Positions 29,572 to 38,862 of a stretch of 64,000 bases of DNA are shown here, in pieces (within the stretch, counting starts at the first letter, position 1; each line of letters begins with the position of its first letter). The DNA is from Planctomycetota bacterium (lineage in GTDB: Bacteria; Planctomycetota; PLA2; JAEUHO01): assembly GCA_050248855.1 (NCBI GenBank), contig JBFWRP010000007.1, forward strand, positions 32,001 through 96,000, given 5' to 3'. The translations under genes and the position numbers were made by a program. A model generated the notes under the pieces. The model was given only the letters and a program-made list of their open reading frames with translations, was not told where the DNA came from and searched no databases.

Positions 29572-32424
29572 ATGCCTGCCCCGCGGTCATCGGCCCGTCG
29601 CGCGCCGCTTGGCGGTGTGGCCCTCTTGCTGGGCGTGGGCGCCGGCACGTCGGTCCTCGCCACGCTGACGGTGCTCGTGCGCGACGCGGCGCCGCACGCG
29701 AGCGCGGGCGCTGCCGGGGCGGCCCTCTTCGCGGTGGGACTGGCACTGGGCGCGCGTGGCGCCGCCCGCAACGCCGACGACGTGGCGCGTCCGGCGCGTC
29801 GTGCCGCGTGGCTCCTGGCGCTGCTGGCCGGCGTTGCGGCCGCCGCACCGCGCTCCGTTCCCTGGCTCTACGACCTGCTGCCGGGAAGCGGACTGGCCGC
29901 GGCGCTCGGCGGCGCCCTGCCGGCACTCCTGTCCACCGGCCTGCTTCTCGGCTTCCTGCTGCCGCTGCTCGCCTGCCACGGCGTCCGCGACCTGGAACGG
30001 GCTGCCCGCCCCGGCGTGACCGTGCTCGCAGGTGCCTTCGCCGGCCTCGCCCTGGCCGCGCCGCTCTCCACATGGATCACGGCGGGCGTGGCACCCGCGT
30101 GGACCGAGGCCCTCCCCGCGGCGCTCCTGCTGCTCGCCGCCCTCCCCGCGGCCCGGGCGGGCCGCGGGCCGGAGACCGAGGTGGCTGCGCCGGCGGGCGT
30201 CCCCGGGAGGCAGGGCGAGGGCCGTGGCGTCGCTTGGCCCGTGCTGGCTGCCAGCGTGCTCGCGGGCCCCCTGGCCGTGGCGTTGACCCGCCTTCTCGAG
30301 CCGGTGATGGACGCCGGGGTGCATGCGCGCGATGCCTTGCTCGGCGCCGCAGCCCTCGCGGCCGCGGCGGGCTTGGGCCTCGGCTGGTTCGTCACGCGAC
30401 GGCGCGAGCGCCCGGCGGGCCTCACGCCGTGGGGCCTCGCGCTGGCGTCTGCCGCGGCGCTGGCCGTGCTCGTGAGCGACGAGCACCGCGCCGAACGCGT
30501 GCTGGCCATCGCGCCCGGTGACGGCACGGCTTGGCGTGTGGGGTGGACGGCGCTCCTTGCCGTCGGTCCGCCCGCCGCGCTTCTCGCCGCGGCGCTGCCT
30601 CCCGCGTTGAAGGTGCGCTGTGACTGGACCGGACGTCCGGGCCAAGCGACGGGTCGGCTCGTCGCGCGGACATCCGCAGGCCTGGCCCTCGGCGCGGTCG
30701 TCGGTGGCTGGATCGTGGTGCCGCGACTTGGCGCCGCACCGACCGTGGTCGCCGTGGCCGGTCTGCTCTTGGCCCTTGCCGTCGTCACGCGCCTGCGCAC
30801 GCCGGGCCGCTGGCGCACCGCCGAAGCACTCCTGTTCCTGGCAGCCCTCGGCGCGCTGGCGTGGCCGGGGATGTGGCAGCGCTTGACCGAGGCCGCACCG
30901 CGCGCTTCGACGCTGTGGCTCGTGCGCGGTCGCGGCTCCGCGCCGCTGCCGGTGCTCCCCGAGCCGGCGGATGTACATGTGGTCGCCGAGCTGCTGGGTC
31001 TCGAGGAGACCGAGCCGCGGCTCCCGGGACGCTTGGAGCGCGTCCAGGGCCTGTACATCCCAGGACGTAGCCAGCTGGCCTTGGCCGACGGACTCGAGCT
31101 CGCGGGTGGCGGCACGACCGCATCGGGCTGGGAGCGGAGCTCCGTCGAAGTCCTGTTGGGGCACCTCGCGTTCCTGCACGGTAGCCCACGCCGCGCACTC
31201 GTCGTCGGCTACGGAACGGGCGATGTGGTCCGGGCGCTGCATGCGGCGGGCTGCGAGGACATCGCCGCGACGGACGGCGAGCCCGCGTGGCTCGAGTACG
31301 CGTCTACGGGAGCGCTGGGCCCGCTTCCGCCGGGGCTGCGCACGCTCGCCGCGCGTTCGCCGCGGGGGGCGCTGCGCACCGCAGGGGATCTTGCGGGTGG
31401 CCCCTGCGACATCGTCGTGCTTGACGCCGCGCCACTTGCGCGCCGCGGGCACGCGGACGCCCTGTCGCCTGCAGCCTTCTCCGAGCTTCACGAGGCCCTC
31501 GCCCCCGGCGGCCATGCCGTGCTGGCCTTCGATCTCGACGACCTCGACGTGACGGCGCTCGAGGGCGTGATCGGTTCCTTCGAGGCGCAGTTTCCTGCCG
31601 CGGTGGTCTGGCTTGCCGAGGACGCGCTCGCCCTGACCGGCAGGCGATTCGCGCCCGCGCCCACGCCTGCCGATCGCCCGGCGGACTTCGTGCCCGAGTC
31701 CCCTTCCTCGCCGCGCGTCCAAGCGTGGCGGCCCGGCCAGCTCTCGCTGCGCGCCATGCGCGCGGCTGCCGTGGCGCGTTCCGCGGCGCGCCTGCACACG
31801 CACGCGAACGATGCTGCGGCTCTCGCATGGGGCGTGTCGGGGGCACGTTTGGCGCGTGCCGAGCCCACCGCGCGCGCAGCCCTCCAGGGCGAGCCAGCAG
31901 CGAGCCTCCAGGCCCCGACCCGCTACCCGAGCTGGGTACGAGCCTTCGCCGACGTAGGGGAGGAGGGAGCCACGGCGCCAGCCCTGGGACTGGACAGACT
32001 GCCGCCATCGGGCGTTCCCCTCCTGGATCCGATGCGACTCCTCGAGCGCCTGCAGGAGGCGGGGCGTGCGGGGTGGACCGATGACCGGGAGGTGGACCGC
32101 GGATCGGCAGGGGCCGATGCGGAGGGACGCCGCGCTGCCGCCACGCTTTCGCGCCAGGAGGCCCGTCCGTGGATCGAAACGGCCCAACGCGCGTGGAGCC
32201 ACGGCAAGCTCGCCGAGGCGCTGGACGCCGCCCGCAAGGCTGCGGAGGTCGCCCCCGGCTACGCACCGGCGTTCGAGCTGCTCGCGTTCCTCACGGGCTG
32301 CCGCGACGCCGACGACCCGGCCGTGGCGGCCGCCTTGGCCCATGTTCCTGATCGCGAACGCGCCCGCCGCATCGCGGCGTGGTTCGGCCAGACACCTGCA
32401 CCCCTCGAGACGGAGAACGAATGA
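29572..32424 (+). CDS. membrane protein with degenerate spermidine-synthase-like domain
   Basis: Many TM helices, then RALVVGYGTG, CDIVVLD, ALAPGG; C-terminal TPR-like helices; stop overlaps rnd start. Confidence 0.7.
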   Translation: MPAPRSSARRAPLGGVALLLGVGAGTSVLATLTVLVRDAAPHASAGAAGAALFAVGLALGARGAARNADDVARPARRAAWLLALLAGVAAAAPRSVPWLYDLLPGSGLAAALGGALPALLSTGLLLGFLLPLLACHGVRDLERAARPGVTVLAGAFAGLALAAPLSTWITAGVAPAWTEALPAALLLLAALPAARAGRGPETEVAAPAGVPGRQGEGRGVAWPVLAASVLAGPLAVALTRLLEPVMDAGVHARDALLGAAALAAAAGLGLGWFVTRRRERPAGLTPWGLALASAAALAVLVSDEHRAERVLAIAPGDGTAWRVGWTALLAVGPPAALLAAALPPALKVRCDWTGRPGQATGRLVARTSAGLALGAVVGGWIVVPRLGAAPTVVAVAGLLLALAVVTRLRTPGRWRTAEALLFLAALGALAWPGMWQRLTEAAPRASTLWLVRGRGSAPLPVLPEPADVHVVAELLGLEETEPRLPGRLERVQGLYIPGRSQLALADGLELAGGGTTASGWERSSVEVLLGHLAFLHGSPRRALVVGYGTGDVVRALHAAGCEDIAATDGEPAWLEYASTGALGPLPPGLRTLAARSPRGALRTAGDLAGGPCDIVVLDAAPLARRGHADALSPAAFSELHEALAPGGHAVLAFDLDDLDVTALEGVIGSFEAQFPAAVVWLAEDALALTGRRFAPAPTPADRPADFVPESPSSPRVQAWRPGQLSLRAMRAAAVARSAARLHTHANDAAALAWGVSGARLARAEPTARAALQGEPAASLQAPTRYPSWVRAFADVGEEGATAPALGLDRLPPSGVPLLDPMRLLERLQEAGRAGWTDDREVDRGSAGADAEGRRAAATLSRQEARPWIETAQRAWSHGKLAEALDAARKAAEVAPGYAPAFELLAFLTGCRDADDPAVAAALAHVPDRERARRIAAWFGQTPAPLETENE

Positions 32425-33587
32425 CGCGCGCGCCTGCAGCATGGATCGACGACCGCGATGCGCTGAAGCGCGTGGCCGACCTGGTGGCCACTGCGTCGCA
32501 GGTGGCGCTCGACACGGAAGCCAACTCCATGCACGCCTACCGTGAGCGCACGTGCACGCTGCAGCTGACGGTGGGCGCCCGGGACGTGATCGTGGACGCG
32601 ATCGCCTTCGACGACTTGGAGCCGCTGCGCGACGCCTTCGACCGGAAAGACCTCGAAGTGATCGTGCACGGTGGGGACTACGACGTCACCGTGCTCACGC
32701 GGGACCACGACTGGGCCTTCCACAGGCTGTTCGACACCATGATCGCGGCCACGCTGCTCGGCGACGAGCGGGTGGGCCTCGCCGCCCTGGTGGAAGAGCA
32801 CTTCGGCGAGCATCTGGACAAGCGCCACCAGCGGGCGGACTGGGCCCGGCGCCCCTTGAGCCCCGACCAGCTGGCCTACCTCCAGCGCGACACGATCTGG
32901 CTCCCCCACCTGCGCGACCTCTTCCGCAAGCGCATCGCCGAGGCCGCCCTGGAGGAGGCCTTCGACATCGAGATGCAGCGGCTGGCAGCCCGACGAGGCG
33001 CTCCGGCGGCCAAGGACGCAGAAGCCTGGCGTCGCGCCAAGGGCGCATCGCGGTTGGACGCCCGCGGCCGCAGCGTCTTCGAAGCGCTGTGGCGCTGGCG
33101 CGAGGGCGAGGCCGAAGCCCGTGACCTGCCGCCGTTCAAGGTGCTGGCGCCGGCCGTGATGGTGCAGCTGGCCGAGCGCCCGCCGCGCGACGCGCGGGGC
33201 CCCGATGCCCTGCGCGGGGTCCCGCCCCGGGAGGCGCGCCGCCACGGACGCGCGATCCGCGAAGCCCTCGCCGAGGGGCTCGAGCGCCACGCCCGGGGGA
33301 ACGCGCCGCCGCCCGACGAGCGGCCGCGACAGTCCGACGAGGAGCGGCGCGCCAGCAAGGAGCGACGCGACCTCGTGGATCGACTGCGCGCATGGCGCAA
33401 GGACGAAGCGGACCGACGAGGCGTGACGACCCTGGCGGTGCTGCCCAACCCGGGCATCGAATGGCTGGTCGACAACCGACCGCGCACGCTGGAAGAGCTC
33501 GCGGCCGCCCCGGACTTGGGGCCGGACCGCATCGCGCGCTACGGCAACATCCTGCTGGCCACGCTGGCCTCGTCCTCGGGTTCCTGA
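32421..33587 (+). CDS. rnd: ribonuclease D (DEDDy exonuclease + HRDC)
   Basis: VALDTEANS, HGGDYD, FDTMIAA, DWARRPL, YLQRD; two HRDC-like domains. Confidence 0.9.
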   Translation: MTRAPAAWIDDRDALKRVADLVATASQVALDTEANSMHAYRERTCTLQLTVGARDVIVDAIAFDDLEPLRDAFDRKDLEVIVHGGDYDVTVLTRDHDWAFHRLFDTMIAATLLGDERVGLAALVEEHFGEHLDKRHQRADWARRPLSPDQLAYLQRDTIWLPHLRDLFRKRIAEAALEEAFDIEMQRLAARRGAPAAKDAEAWRRAKGASRLDARGRSVFEALWRWREGEAEARDLPPFKVLAPAVMVQLAERPPRDARGPDALRGVPPREARRHGRAIREALAEGLERHARGNAPPPDERPRQSDEERRASKERRDLVDRLRAWRKDEADRRGVTTLAVLPNPGIEWLVDNRPRTLEELAAAPDLGPDRIARYGNILLATLASSSGS

Positions 33588-33614
33588 CGCCTGGCGGGGA
33601 CTCCTGACATGAAG

Positions 33615-33647
33615 CGACTCCCGTGCGGGCGCACCGCACGGGAGTCG
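33615..33647. terminator. 14-bp stem hairpin between convergent genes
   Basis: cgactcccgtgcgg / ccgcacgggagtcg. Confidence 0.65.
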
Positions 33648-33694
33648 TCAGCAACGACCGTGACCTGCGTCAGCCGATCGGCCGCCGGAGAGGA

Positions 33695-34147
33695 TCAGTC
33701 CTCCCAGTCGTCGTCTTCCCAGTCCTCGTCGTCGTCATCGTCGTCATCGTCATCATCATCGTCGTCGTCATCGTCCCAGTCGTCGTCATCGTCGTCGTCA
33801 TCGTCGTCTTCTTCGTCGTCGTCCTCTTCCTCGTCGTCCTCGAACTCGTCGTCCTCTTCCTCGTCGTCTTCTTCGTCGAGGTCTTCGTCCTCTTCCTCGT
33901 CGTCCTCGTCTTCGTCCTCGTCATCGTCGATGTCGTCGTCTTCGTCATCGTCATCATCGTCATCGTCATCGTCATCGTCATCATCGTCGTCGTCGTCGTA
34001 GTCTTCGTCTTCCTCGAAGTCCTCCTCGTCGCCCCCAAGCTGGACGCCGAGGGACGAGGTGGGGACGTCGGTCGCATCCGGCAGCAGCGCCTCGCCGAGC
34101 AGTGCGGCGAGCAGGGCCTCGGAGAAGAGGGAGTCGTCGGTGGACAT
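33695..34147 (-). CDS. highly acidic (Asp/Glu-rich) small protein
   Basis: GAGG SD before ATG; ~40-aa ordinary N-terminus then ~110 residues nearly all D/E in mixed codons. Confidence 0.75.
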   Translation of the reverse strand: MSTDDSLFSEALLAALLGEALLPDATDVPTSSLGVQLGGDEEDFEEDEDYDDDDDDDDDDDDDDDDDDEDDDIDDDEDEDEDDEEEDEDLDEEDDEEEDDEFEDDEEEDDDEEDDDDDDDDDDWDDDDDDDDDDDDDDDDEDWEDDDWED

Positions 34148-34325
34148 GGGGATTTCCTCGGGGAGCGGGGCGGAGCGACCGCCCGGGCGGGCCGTACCTA
34201 TACCCCCCGGCCCGGACCCGTCAAGACCCCCGGTTCCGCGTTCGTGGCCGCTTGGTTAGGCTCCGGGGGATGCCGTGGCAGGAGGTCGCCGGATGCGACC
34301 ACGACGCGGCCCGGAGCGACCGTTC

Positions 34326-35978
34326 GTGCGCATCGCCCTCGCGCAGATCGACACGACGGCCGGCGATGTCCGCGGCAACGTGGACCGGGTCCTGGCGGCC
34401 GCGCGGCGCGCGTCCGAGGAGGGCGCGGACCTGCTCGTTGCGCCGGAGCTGGTGGTTGCCGGCTACCCGCCGCGCGACCTGTTGCTCCGTCCTGGCTTCG
34501 TCACCGCGGTCGAGGGCGCGACCGCCGCGCTGGCCCGTGAGCTTCCGGCGGGGCTCGCGGCCGTGGTCGGCACGGTTGCCCGGGACACGCGGCCCTACGG
34601 CCCGCCGCTCGTCAATGCAGCTGCGTTCCTCGCTGACGGCACGGTGCGTGCGCTCTACGCCAAGCGGCTGCTCCCGACGTACGACGTGTTCGACGAGCGT
34701 CGCTACTTCGCGCCGGGCGACGGCCCCATGGTCGTAAGCTGGCGCGGGCGACGCATCGGCCTCCTCGTATGCGAGGACCTCTGGGGCCGGGACCTCGTGC
34801 AGGGGCGCCGGCTCTACGAGGAGGATCCGCCCGCGGACACGGTGGCCGCGGGAGCGGACGTGCTCATCGCGATCTCCGCGTCGCCCTACCACGGCGGCAA
34901 GGACGCGCACCGCCGCGCGCTGTTCGCGGAAGAGGCCCGACGCTCCAAGCGCGTGCTGGTCACGGTCCAGCAGGTCGGTGGCAACGACGACGTGCTGTTC
35001 GACGGTCGGAGCCGCGTGTTCGACGGAACGGGCCAGACGCGGCTGCGGCTCTCCGCCTTCGGCGAGGACTTCGCAGTCGTCGACGTGGACGCCTTGCCGG
35101 AGGTGGTCGCCGAGCCGGACCCGCTAGGGCCCCACGAGGAGCTGCGCCAGGCGTTGGTCATGGGCCTGCGCGACTACAGCGCCAAGACGGAGCTGGGTCG
35201 TGTCGTGCTGGGCCTGTCCGGCGGTGTGGACAGCGCCGTGACCGCGGCCCTCGCCGTCGATGCCCTGGGTCCCGAGAACGTCCTGGCCGTCGGCATGCCC
35301 GGGCCGTTCACCGCCGAGATGAGCCGTACCGACGCCAAGGACCTGGCTGACGCCCTGGGCGTGCGCTTCGTCGAGATCCCCATCCAGGGCGTCTACGAGG
35401 CCTATCTCGAGGCGCTCGGGCCCGTGTTCGAGGGGCGTCCGTTCGACGTCGCCGAAGAGAACATCCAGGCCCGCATCCGTGGCGCGCTCCTGATGGCGAT
35501 CAGCAACAAGCACGGGCACCTCGTGCTGACCACGGGCAACAAGAGCGAAGTGGCCGTGGGCTACTGCACGCTCTACGGCGACATGAACGGGGGTTTGGCG
35601 CTCCTGTCCGACGTCTGGAAGACACGGGTCTACGATCTGGCCCGGATCTACGTCGAGCGGGGGGTCATGCCGCTGCGCATCGTGCAGCGACCGCCCTCGG
35701 CCGAGCTGCGCGCCGACCAGATGGACAGCGACTCGCTGCCTCCGTACGAGGTGCTCGACCGGATCCTCGACAAACGCATCGAGCAGGGCTGGAGCGCGGC
35801 GCGCCTGGTGGCCGCCGGCGAGGACCCTGCGCTCGTCGAGCGCGTGCTCAAGATGGTCGAACGCAACGAGTACAAGCGCCGCCAGATGGCCCCGGGCCTC
35901 AAGGTGACACCGGTCGCCTTCGGCGTCGGCTGGCGCATGCCCATCGCCGCGCCGACGGACCTGCGCAACGAGACGTAG
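34326..35978 (+). CDS. nadE: glutamine-dependent NAD+ synthetase
   Basis: Nitrilase domain (APEL, KRLLPTYDVFDE, VCEDLW) + LGLSGGVDS, ENIQARIRG, TTGNKSE, PPSAEL. Confidence 0.96.
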   Translation: MRIALAQIDTTAGDVRGNVDRVLAAARRASEEGADLLVAPELVVAGYPPRDLLLRPGFVTAVEGATAALARELPAGLAAVVGTVARDTRPYGPPLVNAAAFLADGTVRALYAKRLLPTYDVFDERRYFAPGDGPMVVSWRGRRIGLLVCEDLWGRDLVQGRRLYEEDPPADTVAAGADVLIAISASPYHGGKDAHRRALFAEEARRSKRVLVTVQQVGGNDDVLFDGRSRVFDGTGQTRLRLSAFGEDFAVVDVDALPEVVAEPDPLGPHEELRQALVMGLRDYSAKTELGRVVLGLSGGVDSAVTAALAVDALGPENVLAVGMPGPFTAEMSRTDAKDLADALGVRFVEIPIQGVYEAYLEALGPVFEGRPFDVAEENIQARIRGALLMAISNKHGHLVLTTGNKSEVAVGYCTLYGDMNGGLALLSDVWKTRVYDLARIYVERGVMPLRIVQRPPSAELRADQMDSDSLPPYEVLDRILDKRIEQGWSAARLVAAGEDPALVERVLKMVERNEYKRRQMAPGLKVTPVAFGVGWRMPIAAPTDLRNET

Positions 35979-35995
35979 CTCGCGGTACGCCGTGG

Positions 35996-37171
35996 TCACC
36001 CCGTTCGCACCAACGCCACGTGCTTGAGGTAGCGCCCCTCGGGCGCGCGCAGGTCGAAGGGGTGGTCGGGCGCGGCGCCGGCGATGCGGACCACCTGCGC
36101 TTCCACGCCCGCGTCGCGGCCGGCATCGGCCAACATGCCGAGGAAGGCCTCCTCGGAAACCAGGCCCGAACAGGAGTGCGTCACCAGCACGCCGCCCACC
36201 GGCAGCACGTGGAGCCCGAGGCGATTCAGGTCCCGGTAGCGCGCGAGCGCCGCCGCGAGGCCGTTCCGGGCCTTGGCCCACTTGGGCGGGTCGAGCACCA
36301 GCACCTCGGGTCGCTCGGCCACCGGAAGCTCCTCGAGCGCGCGCAGGCCGTGGAACACGTCGCCGTGGCGGACGTCGATGTCCAGACCGTTGCGCCGCGC
36401 GTTGGCCTGGGCGACCTCCACGGCCTCCTCGTCGAGATCCATCGCCGTGACTTGCGTCGCGCCGGCCGCGGCCGCGGCCAGCGCGAAGCCGCCCGTGTAG
36501 GTCATGCCGTCGAACACGCGACGTCCCCGCGCGATGCCGGCCACGAAGCGCCGGTTGTCGCGCTGGTCCACGAAGTAGCCCGTCTTGTGCCCGCCCGTCG
36601 GATGCACCTCCACGCGGATGCCGTGCTCGTGGATCTCGACCGGCGGCCGCGGCGGCGGCTCGGGCAGGTCGATGTGCTCCTGCTCGGCGGTGCGTGCATC
36701 GACACGGAAGATCACCTCGTCGACATCGAGTACCTCGCCCAGGGCTTCGGCGACCTCGGTGCGTCGCTGGGCCCAGCCGAGACTGAACAGCGACACCACG
36801 GCCACGGGGCCGTAGCGGTCCACGACCAAGCCGCCCAGGCCGTCGCCCTCGGCGTGGACGACGCGCCAGGCGTTGGTGACCTCCCCGAGCCGCAGCACGT
36901 CACGGCGCAGCCCCGCGGCCAGCGCCAGCCGCTCGCGCAGCCAGTCCTGGTCCGGGGGCTGGGCCGGATCGCGCGTGAGCATGCGCAGCGTGACCAGGCT
37001 CTCGCGGTGCAGGAAGGCGTAGCCGACGGGCCGCCCCTCCTTCGTGGTCACCTCCACGACGTCGCCGCTCCGGGCCTCGCGATCGACGGAGGCCACGCGC
37101 TTCTCGTAGACGATCGGGTGGCCGGGCGGGCCACCGCGCAGCCGCGCGCGAGGGAAGCGGTAAGACGCCAT
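35996..37171 (-). CDS. class I SAM-dependent rRNA methyltransferase (RlmI/K-like)
   Basis: PUA-like N-terminus, HAEGDGLGGLVVDRY, GHKTGYFVDQRDNR, YTGGF, LDPP, SCSG, YLK. Confidence 0.9.
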   Translation of the reverse strand: MASYRFPRARLRGGPPGHPIVYEKRVASVDREARSGDVVEVTTKEGRPVGYAFLHRESLVTLRMLTRDPAQPPDQDWLRERLALAAGLRRDVLRLGEVTNAWRVVHAEGDGLGGLVVDRYGPVAVVSLFSLGWAQRRTEVAEALGEVLDVDEVIFRVDARTAEQEHIDLPEPPPRPPVEIHEHGIRVEVHPTGGHKTGYFVDQRDNRRFVAGIARGRRVFDGMTYTGGFALAAAAAGATQVTAMDLDEEAVEVAQANARRNGLDIDVRHGDVFHGLRALEELPVAERPEVLVLDPPKWAKARNGLAAALARYRDLNRLGLHVLPVGGVLVTHSCSGLVSEEAFLGMLADAGRDAGVEAQVVRIAGAAPDHPFDLRAPEGRYLKHVALVRTG

Positions 37172-37223
37172 GGGGGCAGGAGGGTACGCGAACCCGGTAC
37201 GGAGGCGGTTCCCCCGTACGGAG

Positions 37224-38405
37224 TCAGAGCCCCACGGTCACGCGGGCGAAGTCCAGGGCGTGGACGAAGCGCTCCATGGTCGGTCGGCGCGTGGGATCGG
37301 GGTCCAGCGCCTCCATCAACGCCGCCTCGAGCGGGGCGGGGACCTCGACGCCGAGGCTGGCCAACGTGGGCGGCCGCGTTGCCGCGCGTGCGAGCGTGTC
37401 GAGCAGGTCCGCGCCCTGCGCAGGCGGCGTTCCGGCAAGGAGGGCGAAGCCCACGGCCGCGAGCCCGTAGACGTCCACGGCCTGGGTGACCGCCGAGCTG
37501 CCCTGCACGACCTCTTCGGGTGCCACGTAGCCCGGGGTGCCGATGACACCCCTGGAGCCCGGAACGGGCTGGTCGGCCAACACGGCCTGGCCGTAGTCGA
37601 TCACCACGATGTTGCCTCGCGGCGTGCAGATCAGGTTGCCGGGCGCGACGTCGCGGTGGATCACGCCGCGGCAGTGCAGGTGGGCCAGCCCGCGGCCGGC
37701 GTCCACGAGGCGGTTCACCACCGTCCCCGGCGAGAGCCCACCGCCGCGCGCTTCGGCCACGAGCGGCCGCCCGGTCACGTAGCGCGTGAGCATCCACGGC
37801 AGGGCGCGCCCGCCGCGCAGGACCACGCCGCCGTCGAGGACAGGCGCCAAGCTGGGGTGGGGCGCGCCGGCCAGCGCCTGCAGCAGGCGCAAGGCCTGCT
37901 GCGGTTGGTCGCCGTCGGGATCCAGACTTCGTCGCGTCTTCAGCTGGGCGCGACCGAGGCCGCTCGTCTTGACGGCGACCGTATGGCTGCCGTGACCGGC
38001 AAGTGCGCCGCCGGTGTAGGCCTCGGGGCCCTCGGCCGGGTCGCACGCGCCGGGCGAACGAAGCCATGCCGTGGCGCGGTCCACACCGGGCGGCAGGAAC
38101 GCGCCGGCCAGGCGGTCGCGCACGACGAGCTCGGTGCCGGCGCCCTTGCCCGGCTCACCCAGCTGGATGCGGTCGCCGTGCTGGACGACCATGAACGAGA
38201 CGCGCTCGCCGTTGACGCGGACATGGAGCCCGTCGGCGGCGCTCAGCAGCAGGTCGCCGCGCAGCTCGCGCAGCCGCGCGTGCCCGGGGCGCACCCCTGG
38301 ATCGGCAACCTGGAGGTCGTCCCCGCGGCCCGAGCCGAGGGTGAAGGGGAGCGTGGCGACCGGGACCACGGCCCCGTTGTCCGAGCGGCGCAGGGAAAGC
38401 GGCAT
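37224..38405 (-). CDS. FHA domain + Ser/Thr protein kinase
   Basis: N-terminal FHA-like (TLGSG..HAR..VNGE..GDRIQLG); IHRDVAPGN, IDYG, GTPGYVAPE, DVYGL. Confidence 0.88.
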   Translation of the reverse strand: MPLSLRRSDNGAVVPVATLPFTLGSGRGDDLQVADPGVRPGHARLRELRGDLLLSAADGLHVRVNGERVSFMVVQHGDRIQLGEPGKGAGTELVVRDRLAGAFLPPGVDRATAWLRSPGACDPAEGPEAYTGGALAGHGSHTVAVKTSGLGRAQLKTRRSLDPDGDQPQQALRLLQALAGAPHPSLAPVLDGGVVLRGGRALPWMLTRYVTGRPLVAEARGGGLSPGTVVNRLVDAGRGLAHLHCRGVIHRDVAPGNLICTPRGNIVVIDYGQAVLADQPVPGSRGVIGTPGYVAPEEVVQGSSAVTQAVDVYGLAAVGFALLAGTPPAQGADLLDTLARAATRPPTLASLGVEVPAPLEAALMEALDPDPTRRPTMERFVHALDFARVTVGL

Positions 38406-38412
38406 GGCTGGG

Positions 38413-38724
38413 TCAGATGGCCTCCGGAGCAGGGGTCCGATAGGTGATTCGGCATTCTCCGACCCCGATCACCAGCCCATCTCGGAGCGGCGCCCCCGCG
38501 GGGCCCACCGGCACCCCCGAGAGAAGCGTCCCGTTGGTACTGCCCAGGTCTTCGAGCCGATGCCCGCCATCGACTTCGCGCACCACCCGCGCATGGCGGC
38601 GGCTGGCTCGTGGGGCGGTCAGCGGGAGGTCCGCCGCGGGCCCCCGGCCCAGGACCACCTCGGCGCTCTCGCCCAGGTCCACGAGCCAGCGGCGGCCGGC
38701 GTCCTCCACGAGCAACAGGGCCAC
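38413..38724 (-). CDS. stand-alone FHA domain protein
   Basis: LGRG..ASRRHA..DLGSTNGT..LRDG; start GTG 38724 (alternative TTG 38796). Confidence 0.88.
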   Translation of the reverse strand: MALLLVEDAGRRWLVDLGESAEVVLGRGPAADLPLTAPRASRRHARVVREVDGGHRLEDLGSTNGTLLSGVPVGPAGAPLRDGLVIGVGECRITYRTPAPEAI

Positions 38725-38862
38725 GACGCGTTCCTCCGGGCGGCCGTGCGCGGGGGGACCGCCCGAGGTCGAGTATGCCGCCGCGTACGCCCCCAAGCGG
38801 GCCTGAATCCGTCCGCGCCGCGCTTCGCCCCTTGAGCACGGGGGCTACAGTGCCCGATCCAG

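Noticed and set aside
33609..34077. Poly-Ser, poly-Val and poly-Thr ORFs
   Set aside because: Shadow frames of the Asp/Glu-rich gene, which has the SD and the ordinary N-terminus.
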